Origin: Phycisphaerales bacterium
GTDB taxonomy: Bacteria; Planctomycetota; Phycisphaerae; Phycisphaerales; UBA1924
Reading direction: 5' to 3'
Assembly (NCBI GenBank): GCA_029260515.1
Contig: JAJDDC010000048.1
Span: 31,671-95,670, forward strand
Length of the DNA: 64,000 nt
Shown: one piece after another, positions 18,232 through 26,913 of the stretch
Numbering within the stretch: position 1 is the stretch's first letter
How the letters are laid out: each line of letters opens with the position of its first letter
The notes under the pieces: generated by a model
What the model was told of the DNA's origin: nothing
The model's database searches: none
Seen by the model: only the letters and a program-made list of their open reading frames with translations
Made by a program: the position numbers and the translations under genes

Positions 18232-20208
18232 ATGCGCACCAGAACGCTCGCCGCCCTCGCCGGCGCCGTGGCCACAACCGCCCTCCTCTCCAACCCCGCC
18301 CTCGCCGAGCCCACTCCGCTCGTCTACGAGGGGCGACTCTCCTACCTCGACGTGCCGATCGATTCACGCGCGGACCTCCGATTCCGTATCTTCGACGCGG
18401 TGACAGCCGGCGCACAGATCGGCGCCGACATCGAACGCCACGCAACAAAGCTCACCGACGGCGCCTTCGCCGTAACACTCGACGTGGACTCAGCACTCGA
18501 CACCGCCTGGCTCGAGGTAAGTGTCCGGGCGCCCGCCGGCGAGGGCGACTACGTCGTCCTCTCGCCCCGTCAGCGCCTCGACACCCCGAACCAACGCGTC
18601 CGCATCGCCAGCGCTCCGGGCGCGGGCACGGCGGCCAACATCGACGCGCGCGCGAGCCTCAGCATCAACCCCCGGGGCCAGCACGATCCCAACGACCACA
18701 CCTTCGACCCCGACCCCTCGAACCAGGGCGGCCTCTCCGGCTTTGATAATCCCGATGACGGGATGATCTTCAGCCCCCAGGCCGAGTGGATCCCCAATGG
18801 CGCCAACATCTACTACAACGCAGGCAACGTCTCCATCGGCACCACCGTCTCCAACTTCCCGCTCACCGTGCGCGGCGACTCTACGAATCTCATCAACGCA
18901 CGCAACACACGCGGCGGCGGCAACACGATTACCGGCGTCGCCGCGGGCGGCGGCGAATCCAGGGGCGTCTTCGGCTTTGCAACTTCCAGCGAAGGTATCG
19001 GCGTCTTTGGACTGGCAAACTCTGGCGTTGGTCCCACCACCGGGATGTACGGCCAGGTCTCCAGCACCGGCGGCAAGGGCGTCCGCGGCCTTGCGACTTC
19101 CTCCACGGGGTTCTCGTTCGGTGTTGAGGGCCAGTCCGACAGCACATCCGGCCGAGGCGTCTTCGGATACGCCCCCGCCGCCACCGGCTCCACCATCGGC
19201 GTCATCGGATGGTCAAAGAGCCCCAGCGGGCACGGCGTCCAGGGCCTGAACGACACCGAGACCGGCATCGGGGTCTTCGGCAACGCCTCCTCCGTCACCG
19301 GCGCCAACTACGCAGTCCGCGGACGCACCGCCAGCCCCTCGGGCTGGGGCGGGTGGTTCGAGGGCGGGCGCGGCGTCTTCATCGAGGCCTCCGACATCCT
19401 CGCCGATTCCGGTGACCTCTTCGGCACCGGCGGCGTCCTCGCCATCGAGGCCACCAAGTCCCGCATCGAACTCCTCTCCGACCCCGACGGCACCAACGGA
19501 TCCAACATCTCGCTCAAGGAGATCGACGGCAGCGGCGCCTTCTCAGACGGCTGGAACGTCTACCGCACCACCCAGGGCTCAGGCTCCGAGCTCCGCTTCT
19601 CGCACTCGACGCTCGCCAACAACGTCGGCACCACCCGCATGTCGATCCTCCCGACCGGCGAGGTCGGCATCGGGCGTACGGCCGCCGCGAACGAGCTCGA
19701 GGTCGAGGGCGACGCATCCAAGACCACCGCCACCGCCTGGCTCGCCAACTCCGACCGGCGCATCAAGACCGACATCGAGACGGTCGGCAACGCGCTCGAC
19801 ACCCTCGACCGCGTGAGGCTTGTCAGTTTCGACTACGACGACGACTACCGTGCAGCCCACCCCAAGATCGCCGACCACCGCTACCTCAACGTCATCGCCC
19901 AGGAGTTCGCGGGGGTTTTCCCTGAGTACGTCAAGGGCTCGGGCGAGTTCCTCCCCGACGGCTCCGAGATCCTCCAGGTCGATACCTACCCCCTGACCAT
20001 CTACTCCGCCGCCGCGGTCCAGGAACTCAACACGGTCGTCAAGGACCAGGAGTGCCGAATCGCCGAGCTCGAGTCCAAGATCGAGTCGCTCTCGTCGCGC
20101 CGCGGCCTGAGCCAGTCCTCGTTCGTCTGGCCCCTCGTGGCACTCGCGGGCATCGGCGTCCTCGCCGTCTCCCGCCGCAAGAAGGAGAGCGGCAATGACA
20201 ACGCGTAA
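18232..20208 (+). CDS. tail-fibre-like surface protein with C-terminal S74 intramolecular-chaperone domain and a membrane anchor (658 aa)
   Basis: Start is ATG 18232 (MRTRTLAALAGAVATTALLSNPALA). The ORF-track start at 17701 would run through the tRNA. The middle holds about 11 Gly-rich ~13-aa repeats (GVFGFATSSEG IGVFGLANSG ...). NSDRRIKTDIETV...LVSFDY is a Peptidase_S74-type Ser/Lys motif. A coiled coil follows, then TM helix FVWPLVALAGIGVLAV and RRKK. Confidence 0.8.
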   Translation: MRTRTLAALAGAVATTALLSNPALAEPTPLVYEGRLSYLDVPIDSRADLRFRIFDAVTAGAQIGADIERHATKLTDGAFAVTLDVDSALDTAWLEVSVRAPAGEGDYVVLSPRQRLDTPNQRVRIASAPGAGTAANIDARASLSINPRGQHDPNDHTFDPDPSNQGGLSGFDNPDDGMIFSPQAEWIPNGANIYYNAGNVSIGTTVSNFPLTVRGDSTNLINARNTRGGGNTITGVAAGGGESRGVFGFATSSEGIGVFGLANSGVGPTTGMYGQVSSTGGKGVRGLATSSTGFSFGVEGQSDSTSGRGVFGYAPAATGSTIGVIGWSKSPSGHGVQGLNDTETGIGVFGNASSVTGANYAVRGRTASPSGWGGWFEGGRGVFIEASDILADSGDLFGTGGVLAIEATKSRIELLSDPDGTNGSNISLKEIDGSGAFSDGWNVYRTTQGSGSELRFSHSTLANNVGTTRMSILPTGEVGIGRTAAANELEVEGDASKTTATAWLANSDRRIKTDIETVGNALDTLDRVRLVSFDYDDDYRAAHPKIADHRYLNVIAQEFAGVFPEYVKGSGEFLPDGSEILQVDTYPLTIYSAAAVQELNTVVKDQECRIAELESKIESLSSRRGLSQSSFVWPLVALAGIGVLAVSRRKKESGNDNA

Positions 20209-20572
20209 GACCGCGGCCCTCGCCGCGACCCTCGCCGCCGCCGCCGCGTTCGCAGCCGGATCGGCCTCCCCGCTGGCCACCCAGGTCTGCGAGGGCGACG
20301 GGTACCGCCTGGAGCTGACATTGGCCGAGGCGCCGACGCACGTCATGCACGGCGAAGGCTTCACGCTCTCCGCCGTCTCCAGCCGGGCGCCCTCGCGGTG
20401 CGCCGCCGACCTGGCCGCCCCGTTCGGCGTGCTCGACGCGCAGGACACCGCGGAGTTCGTCAAACTCATGGAGCGTGGCGACCGCGCCGCCGACGTCGCC
20501 GAGCCGTTCGGCGCCATCGACGCCGCAGACCTTGTCGCCTACAGCGCATCGCACGCCGCGGGCTGCGACTAG
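20195..20572 (+). CDS. small secreted protein consisting mostly of a degenerate dockerin-like double repeat (125 aa, ends GCD)
   Basis: MTTRKTAALAATLAAAAAFAAG signal. The C-terminal 57 aa align with the GCP module. The start overlaps the upstream gene by 14 nt. Confidence 0.6.
   Translation: MTTRKTAALAATLAAAAAFAAGSASPLATQVCEGDGYRLELTLAEAPTHVMHGEGFTLSAVSSRAPSRCAADLAAPFGVLDAQDTAEFVKLMERGDRAADVAEPFGAIDAADLVAYSASHAAGCD
20399..20569 (+). repeat. dockerin-like Cys-bracketed double repeat, degenerate copy
   Basis: CAADLAAPFGVLDAQDTAEFVKLMERGDRAADVAEPFGAIDAADLVAYSASHAAGCD. Confidence 0.6.
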
Positions 20573-20599
20573 ACCCGGCCGTACTTTCTGACACACGCC

Positions 20600-20640
20600 G
20601 CGGCCGCCCGGTTCATCCGGGCGGCCGCGTTTCATTCTCG
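20600..20640 (+). terminator. rho-independent terminator candidate
   Basis: GCGGCCGCCCGG-ttcat-CCGGGCGGCCGC (12-bp stem, 20600-20628) followed by a T-rich stretch gtttcattctc. Confidence 0.55.
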
Positions 20641-20705
20641 CGACCCCCACGCCGACCATGTACGATCCCGGCGAACGACCCCGCCAACCCCGGGACCCGT
20701 CTGTC

Positions 20706-21728
20706 ATGAACGTCCTCGTCACCGGCGCCGCCGGCTACATCGGATCCCACGCCTGCAAACGCCTGCTCGCGGGCGGGCACCGCGTCGTCGCGCTCGACGA
20801 TCTGTCACGGGGCCACCGGCGTGCCCTCGAACTGCTCGATGCGGGAGAGAGTCTCTGCATCGCAGAAGGCTCTGTCGGCGACGAGCCCCTCGTCACCTCG
20901 CTCCTGGCCGAACACGCGATCGACACGGTCATGCACTTCGCCGCCCTCGCCTACGTCGGCGAGAGCGTCGAGCAACCTCTCCGCTACTACACCAACAACG
21001 TCGCCCAGGGCCTCGCCCTGCTCGGCGCGTGCGATGCCTCCGGCGTAGAGCGGTTCGTCTTCTCCTCCTCGTGCGCCACATACGGCGACCCGCCCGAGGG
21101 CCTCGTCCCCGTCCCCGAGACGTGCCCCCAGCACCCCACGAGCCCCTACGGCTGGACCAAGCTCGTCTACGAGCACGCCCTGCTCGGCTGGTCCCACGCC
21201 CGGGCTCTGTCATCCCGCCCTGTCGCCGTCGCGCTGCTGCGGTACTTCAACGTCGCGGGCGCGGATAGCTCGGGCGTCCTCGGCGAGGACCACGACCCTG
21301 AGACCCACCTCGTCCCCGTCGCCATCCGCGCCACCCGCGAGGGCGCCGCCCCGCTCTCGCTGTTCGGAACCGACTACCCCACACACGACGGCACGTGCGT
21401 CCGCGACTACGTCCACGTCGAGGACCTCGTCGATGCGCACATCCTCACGATGACGTCCATCAAGCGGGGCAAGGCCGTCGCGTACAACCTGGGCGTCGGG
21501 CGGGGGCATTCGGTCCGCGAGGTCATCGCCGCCGTCGAGCGGGCGACCGGGCGCCGTGTGCCCGTGGTCGAAAAGCGCCGACGCCCGGGCGACGCGGTGG
21601 CTCTGTACGCCGACGCGTCCAAGATCACGCGAGAACTGGGCTGGAAACCCCGGTACACCGACATCGTCGAGACCGTCGCCTCCGCCGCCCGCTGGTTTGA
21701 GGCCAATCCCCGGGGCTACGACGGCTGA
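20706..21728 (+). CDS. galE: UDP-glucose 4-epimerase
   Basis: VTGAAGYIGSH, SSSCATYG, SPYGWTK (YxxxK), FGTDYPTHDGTCVRDYVHV. Confidence 0.9.
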   Translation: MNVLVTGAAGYIGSHACKRLLAGGHRVVALDDLSRGHRRALELLDAGESLCIAEGSVGDEPLVTSLLAEHAIDTVMHFAALAYVGESVEQPLRYYTNNVAQGLALLGACDASGVERFVFSSSCATYGDPPEGLVPVPETCPQHPTSPYGWTKLVYEHALLGWSHARALSSRPVAVALLRYFNVAGADSSGVLGEDHDPETHLVPVAIRATREGAAPLSLFGTDYPTHDGTCVRDYVHVEDLVDAHILTMTSIKRGKAVAYNLGVGRGHSVREVIAAVERATGRRVPVVEKRRRPGDAVALYADASKITRELGWKPRYTDIVETVASAARWFEANPRGYDG

Positions 21729-22606
21729 CGCGCCATCGCGATCAGGCGGTACGCCAGCTTCGCCGCAAGAAAATCGCACGCGTGCAGCCCGGGCTGCGGG
21801 CACAGTTCCACGACGTCGGCTCCAACGACCCGCGCCTGAGCGCAGACTCTGGCGAGCAGCCGGTTGACCTGCCCCCATCCCAGCCCCCCGGGCTCGGGCG
21901 TGCCGGTCGCGGCCATGATGCTCGGGTCCAAGCCGTCCACGTCGATCGTGATGTATACCTCGCCGGTAAGCAGCCCGCACACCCTGTCCATCCACACGTC
22001 GTCCGACGTGTCGGCGATCTCGTGCCCCCAGAACACGCGGCCGCGGTCCATGCCCTCCAGTTCGCCCTGGTCAATCGCCCGGATCCCGACCTGCACGATC
22101 GACGCGACCTCGCGGGCCCGGGCCATCACGCACGCGTGGTTGCACGCCGAGCCCTCGTAAGACTCGCGCAGGTCCGTGTGCGCGTCGATCTGGAGAACGG
22201 TCAACTTCTCCGACCGCGCCGCCGCCGCCCGCACCGCCCCGATCGTGACCGAGTGCTCGCCGCCCAGGACCAGGGGCATCACCCCCGCGTCCAGCACCCG
22301 CCCGACGCGCTCCTCGACCAAGTCGCACATCGCCTCGGGCCCGCCGTCGCAGACCACATCCGCGAGCGTCGCGATCCCCGCCCGGATCGGTGTCCAGGCG
22401 GTCTGGATGTCGTACTCCTCGACCGCCGCCGACGCCTCGAGCAGCGCTCCGGGCCCCCGGTCGGCGCCCTTGTGCCACGTGCTCGTCTTGTCGTAGGGCA
22501 CGGGGATCACCGCCGCGATCGGCGCCGTCGGCTGGAACCCATCCGCCGAGTACCCGAGGAACGCCGCACCCGTGCGCAGCTCCGCCGCGTCGAACACACC
22601 GCCCAT
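21716..22606 (-). CDS. speB: agmatinase
   Basis: Ureohydrolase motifs LGGEHS, QIDAHTDL, DVDGLDP, PEPGG. It lies directly downstream of speA (stop 22608, start 22606). Confidence 0.9.
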   Translation of the reverse strand: MGGVFDAAELRTGAAFLGYSADGFQPTAPIAAVIPVPYDKTSTWHKGADRGPGALLEASAAVEEYDIQTAWTPIRAGIATLADVVCDGGPEAMCDLVEERVGRVLDAGVMPLVLGGEHSVTIGAVRAAAARSEKLTVLQIDAHTDLRESYEGSACNHACVMARAREVASIVQVGIRAIDQGELEGMDRGRVFWGHEIADTSDDVWMDRVCGLLTGEVYITIDVDGLDPSIMAATGTPEPGGLGWGQVNRLLARVCAQARVVGADVVELCPQPGLHACDFLAAKLAYRLIAMARQPS

Positions 22607-22607
22607 C

Positions 22608-24563
22608 TCAGCCCGCTCCGCCGGTGTGCTCGAAGTACGTGTATCCGCTCAGGCTGCTCTCATAAAACTTCATCAGTGCTCCCGCCTCGCCCGCGGTCAT
22701 CCGAGACGCCCGGACCGCCTTGTCGCAGTCGCGTGCCATGCGGCTCTGGAACGCCTTCGGCTGGTGCTGCAGGTATTCGAGAACCTCGGCCGACGTGTCT
22801 CCTCGAACGATCTCCTCGATGCTCCACCGCCCGTCCTCGACACGCAGGTGGACCGCGTGCACATCGCCGAACAGGTTGTGCAGGTCCCCGAGCGTCTCCT
22901 GGTACGCCCCGACCAGAAACGCCCCCATGTAGTACGCCTCGTCGCGCAGCTCGTGCACGTCGAGCACGCCCGTCGGGCCGTCCTCCCCGATGAACCGGTC
23001 GATCCTCCCGTCCGAGTCGCACGTCAGGTCACCGATGATCACCCTCCGTGTCGGACGCTCGTTCAGACGGTGCAGGGGCATGATCGGGAACAACTGGTCG
23101 ATCGCCCACGCGTCGGGCATCGACTGGAAGAGCGAGAAGTTCGCGAAGTACACCTCCGCGAGGCTCTCGTCGAGCTCCGTCAACTCTTGCGCGTAGTCAT
23201 CATCCCCCCGCATCGATTCGCGCAGGCGTCGGCATACACGCCAGTACAGCCGCTCGGCCAACGCCCGTTGCTCCAGCGAGATGTACCCGAGCCGGAACGA
23301 GCTGATCGCGTCCGCCAGCGCGTTCTTCGCGTCGTGGTAGCTCTCGTCGAGCCGGGCCCCGTCGGTCATCGACAGCGCCTCGCGGAGGTCGCGGATCGGC
23401 TGGGGATCTTCGTCGCGGGGCGTCTCGTCGACGCCCGCCCCCGGCCGCTCGGCACGCGCCGGACCCGTCGCCCCCAGGATGTCGAACACCAGCACGCTCG
23501 AATACGCCACCATCGCACGCCCGCACTCGGTCACGATCGCAGGGTGCTCGACACCGGCCTCGTCGCACGCCGAGGTGATGCGGTACACCACGTCTGACGC
23601 GAACTCCTCGAGCGTGTAGTTCATCGACGACTCGTCGTTGACCTGCTCGCCCCGGTAATCGACGCCAAGCCCGCCCCCGACATCGAGCAGTTCCAATCCC
23701 GCACCGAGACGAGACATCTCCACGTATATATGTGCAAGCTCCGCGACCGAGTCCTTGATCCGCGAGATGTCCTGGATCTGGCTCCCCACGTGGCAGTGCA
23801 GCAGCTTCAGGCAGTCGAGCATGCCACGCTCACGGAGGACGTGGATCACCTCCATCGCCTCGCTCACGAACAGCCCGAACTTCGAGCGTGTCCCCGCAGA
23901 GTCCTTCCACCGACCGGCGCCCTTCGAGCTCAGCTTGACCCGCACGCCGATGTCAGGACGGACACCGTACCGCTCGCCCGCCTGCAGGATCAGCCGCAGC
24001 TCATCAAGATTCTCGACCACCGGTACGATCGAACGCCCGAGCTTGGCCGCCAGAACCGCCATGTCGATGTATCGCTCGTCCTTGAAACCGTTGCAGATGA
24101 TGAGCTGGTCGTCGTCGCTTGAGGTCATCGCGATCACGGCCAGCAACTCCGGCTTGGACCCCGCCTCGAGCCCGAAACCCAACTCCCGCCCCACCGCCGC
24201 TATCTCGCTCACCACGTGATGCTGCTGGTTGACCTTGATCGGGTACACACCGCGGTACGCCCCCCTGTACCCGTTCTCCCGCATCGCCCCATCGAACGCG
24301 TTGCGCAGCTGGCGGAGCCTCGCGTCGAGAATGTCGGTCAGACGAAGCAGGACAGGCGTGCCCACGCCCCGTGCGCGCAACCCCTCGACAACATCCACCA
24401 GATCGACCTCGACACCCGCGCACACCGCCGAGACATGCCCATTGTCGTTCACGCGGAACCATCCGCCTCCCCACGCGTCCACGCGGTACAGCGCCCCCGC
24501 GTCCGCGGTGCTCCAATCGTCACGGGTCTCCGCAGAGGCCACGGTATGCTCGGTTCTCGACAT
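22608..24563 (-). CDS. speA: biosynthetic arginine decarboxylase
   Basis: Start is ATG 24563 (MSRTEHTV...). YPIKVNQQHHVV (PLP-Lys), LLHCHVGSQ, GGGLGVDY and the C-terminal EEYLQH-like region are typical of SpeA. The ORF-track N-terminal extension to 24998 was rejected. Confidence 0.92.
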   Translation of the reverse strand: MSRTEHTVASAETRDDWSTADAGALYRVDAWGGGWFRVNDNGHVSAVCAGVEVDLVDVVEGLRARGVGTPVLLRLTDILDARLRQLRNAFDGAMRENGYRGAYRGVYPIKVNQQHHVVSEIAAVGRELGFGLEAGSKPELLAVIAMTSSDDDQLIICNGFKDERYIDMAVLAAKLGRSIVPVVENLDELRLILQAGERYGVRPDIGVRVKLSSKGAGRWKDSAGTRSKFGLFVSEAMEVIHVLRERGMLDCLKLLHCHVGSQIQDISRIKDSVAELAHIYVEMSRLGAGLELLDVGGGLGVDYRGEQVNDESSMNYTLEEFASDVVYRITSACDEAGVEHPAIVTECGRAMVAYSSVLVFDILGATGPARAERPGAGVDETPRDEDPQPIRDLREALSMTDGARLDESYHDAKNALADAISSFRLGYISLEQRALAERLYWRVCRRLRESMRGDDDYAQELTELDESLAEVYFANFSLFQSMPDAWAIDQLFPIMPLHRLNERPTRRVIIGDLTCDSDGRIDRFIGEDGPTGVLDVHELRDEAYYMGAFLVGAYQETLGDLHNLFGDVHAVHLRVEDGRWSIEEIVRGDTSAEVLEYLQHQPKAFQSRMARDCDKAVRASRMTAGEAGALMKFYESSLSGYTYFEHTGGAG

Positions 24564-24734
24564 AGGTTGAAACTCTATGCCGCCCCGCGATCTCGTCCGA
24601 TCACCCTCGGCCCGGCCCGGGGGGCCGATCCATAGTCCGAGATTCCTTGTGCGAACCCCGGCCCACGGTGTAGCGTTGTGGAAGGGGAGGGCGGCCGCCC
24701 TCTCCCGCGCTCGACCCGACCGGAGATCCCGCAG

Positions 24735-26867
24735 ATGCGACGCCGATCCGCGATCCTGACGACCCTCGCCGCGGTCTCCACCGCCCTCGCCGGCGGCGGC
24801 CCCGAGAACGTCCTCATCATCGCCGACCCCGCCAGCCCGGACGCCCTCCGCCTGAGCAACCACTACATCGCCGTCCGTGGCGTCCCCGCCTCCAACGTCC
24901 TGTACATGGACCCCGACGCCCCGAGCTACGCAGACTTCGCCTCCCTGAACCTCCCCGTGCTCCTCGCCGAGCTCGCCGCCCGCGGCATCGAGGACCACAT
25001 CGATTACATCCTCATCATGCCGGGCGGGGGCTACAAGCTCCCCACGGGCGGCATCGTCTCGGACGTCTGCGTCGGGCCGATCCAGAACTTCTCCATCACC
25101 GCCGCCTACTCGAGCGCCTTCGTCGCCGACGAGATCCTCGCCGGTGGTCTCTCACGCTCCTGGCCCAACCGCTACGCCGCCGGCGCGATCGACCCCGTCG
25201 CGTTCGACAGCGAAACAACCTACGCCAGCGGTCAGCCCAGCGAGTCCAGCTTCGCCCGCCGCTACTTCATCGCGTTCGTGCTCGGGTACACCGGCCTCCG
25301 CGGCAACTCGCCCGAAGAGCTCCTCGGTCTCGTCAACCGCTCCGCCGCCGCCGACGCCACCTTCCCCGACGGCACGTTCTACCTGATGAACAACACCTCC
25401 GACCCCGCACGCAACGTCCGCTCCAGCCAGTACGGCGGCGCCGAGACACGCATCAAGGAAGCCGGCGGCGCCGCCCAGATACTCGCCGGCGCCCTCCCAA
25501 CAGGGCGCCACGACTGCCTCGGTATCGTCTCCGGTTTCGCGAACAACGACCCGGGCACGACCGATCTCACACTCACCCCGGGCGCGTTCTGCGACCACCT
25601 CACCAGCTACGCCGCCCACTTCGACGCCGGCCAGCAGACCAAGGTCAGCGCATGGATCAAAAAGGGCGCCTCGGGCTCGTTCGGCACCGTCGAGGAGCCA
25701 TGCAACCAGGTCGGAAAGTTCCCACGCGCCAACATGCACGCCACCTACCGCGCCGGCCTCAGCCTCGGCGAGTCCACGTTCCGCTCCGTCTTCTACTACC
25801 CGTTCCAGGGCCTGCCGTACGGCGATCCCATCACCCGACCCTGGTCGCACATTCCCGACGTCTCGGTCCCCGAGCTGAACGGGGCGACAGTGTCCGGCGC
25901 CGTCACCCTCACTCCCTCGGCCATCACCACGCACCCAACCGCCGGCATCGCCTCGTTCGACCTGCTCGTCAACGGCGTGCTCGCCGACTCGCTCACCCGC
26001 GGCTCGGCGTTCTCCATCGACACCACCGCCCTCCCGGAGGGCTACAACGAGTTCGGCGTCGTCGCATACGAAGACTCGCCGATCCGCACCGTCGGCAACT
26101 TCACCGGCTCCCTCGACGTCGACAACCTCCCCCACGACGCATCGATGTCCGTCAACACCACCTCCGGCCCTTTCTCGACCCGTTTCGACTTCAATGTGTC
26201 CGCCTCGGGCGCGCCCGTCTCGCAGGTTCTTCTGCTGCAGAACGAACGCGTCGTCGCCGCCTCGGGCGCCGCGGGCACGCTCTCGGTCCACGGTCGCCTA
26301 CTCGGCGCCTCCACCCCGACCCTGATCGCCGAGGTACAGTTCCAGGACGGCATACGCGCCCGAACCCAACCCATCACCCTCGACATCGCCAACAACCCGG
26401 GCGTACCGGACGGTTCGACCCCCGTCGCCTACGCCTACTCCACACCAGTCCCCCCAGGCTCCATCCGCGTCGTCCAACTCCCCTCCACCTTCGCAGACTC
26501 GTTCACGAACGCTTCGTGGGATGTCGTCACGGGCCCGGCGCAGGCCACCATCCTCGGCGGCGCCGGCCCCTACCGCATCATCCAGGCCGATGCGGGCGCG
26601 ACAGGATCCGACGAGCTCTCGTTCCAGGTCACCACGCCCTCGGGAACATCGGCCGTCGCGACCGTCAATCTCGTGTACTCCGCCGGTACCCCATGCCCCG
26701 CCGACCTGGCAGATCCCATCGGCACGCTTGATTTTTCCGACGTCATCGCCTTCCTCACGGCGTTCGCGGCCATGGAACCCCCGGCCGACCTCGCCGACCC
26801 CATCGGCGTCTTCGATTTCTCCGACATCCTCGAGTTCCTCGTCGTCTTCGGCTCGGGCTGCCCCTGA
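24735..26867 (+). CDS. secreted protein, N-terminal region resembling the TIGR03790 family, with C-terminal dockerin-like GCP module (710 aa)
   Basis: MRRRSAILTTLAAVSTALAGG signal. ENVLIIADPASPDALRLSNHYIAVRGVPASNVLYMD matches my recollection of the TIGR03790 N-terminus (unverified). The C-terminus ends ...FGSGCP. Confidence 0.7.
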   Translation: MRRRSAILTTLAAVSTALAGGGPENVLIIADPASPDALRLSNHYIAVRGVPASNVLYMDPDAPSYADFASLNLPVLLAELAARGIEDHIDYILIMPGGGYKLPTGGIVSDVCVGPIQNFSITAAYSSAFVADEILAGGLSRSWPNRYAAGAIDPVAFDSETTYASGQPSESSFARRYFIAFVLGYTGLRGNSPEELLGLVNRSAAADATFPDGTFYLMNNTSDPARNVRSSQYGGAETRIKEAGGAAQILAGALPTGRHDCLGIVSGFANNDPGTTDLTLTPGAFCDHLTSYAAHFDAGQQTKVSAWIKKGASGSFGTVEEPCNQVGKFPRANMHATYRAGLSLGESTFRSVFYYPFQGLPYGDPITRPWSHIPDVSVPELNGATVSGAVTLTPSAITTHPTAGIASFDLLVNGVLADSLTRGSAFSIDTTALPEGYNEFGVVAYEDSPIRTVGNFTGSLDVDNLPHDASMSVNTTSGPFSTRFDFNVSASGAPVSQVLLLQNERVVAASGAAGTLSVHGRLLGASTPTLIAEVQFQDGIRARTQPITLDIANNPGVPDGSTPVAYAYSTPVPPGSIRVVQLPSTFADSFTNASWDVVTGPAQATILGGAGPYRIIQADAGATGSDELSFQVTTPSGTSAVATVNLVYSAGTPCPADLADPIGTLDFSDVIAFLTAFAAMEPPADLADPIGVFDFSDILEFLVVFGSGCP
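26694..26864 (+). repeat. dockerin-like Cys-bracketed double repeat
   Basis: CPADLADPIGTLDFSDVIAFLTAFAAMEPPADLADPIGVFDFSDILEFLVVFGSGCP. Confidence 0.8.
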
Positions 26868-26913
26868 GCGCGGGCCCGAGCCAGGGACCGACTCACCCCC
26901 AACAATCAGGGCG

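Noticed and set aside
18232-20572. Prophage remnant, suggested by the tail-fibre/S74 domain next to a tRNA.
   Set aside because: No capsid, portal, terminase, baseplate, lysis or integrase genes are in the neighbourhood. The protein has a Sec signal peptide and a membrane anchor, so it looks like a cellular surface protein.
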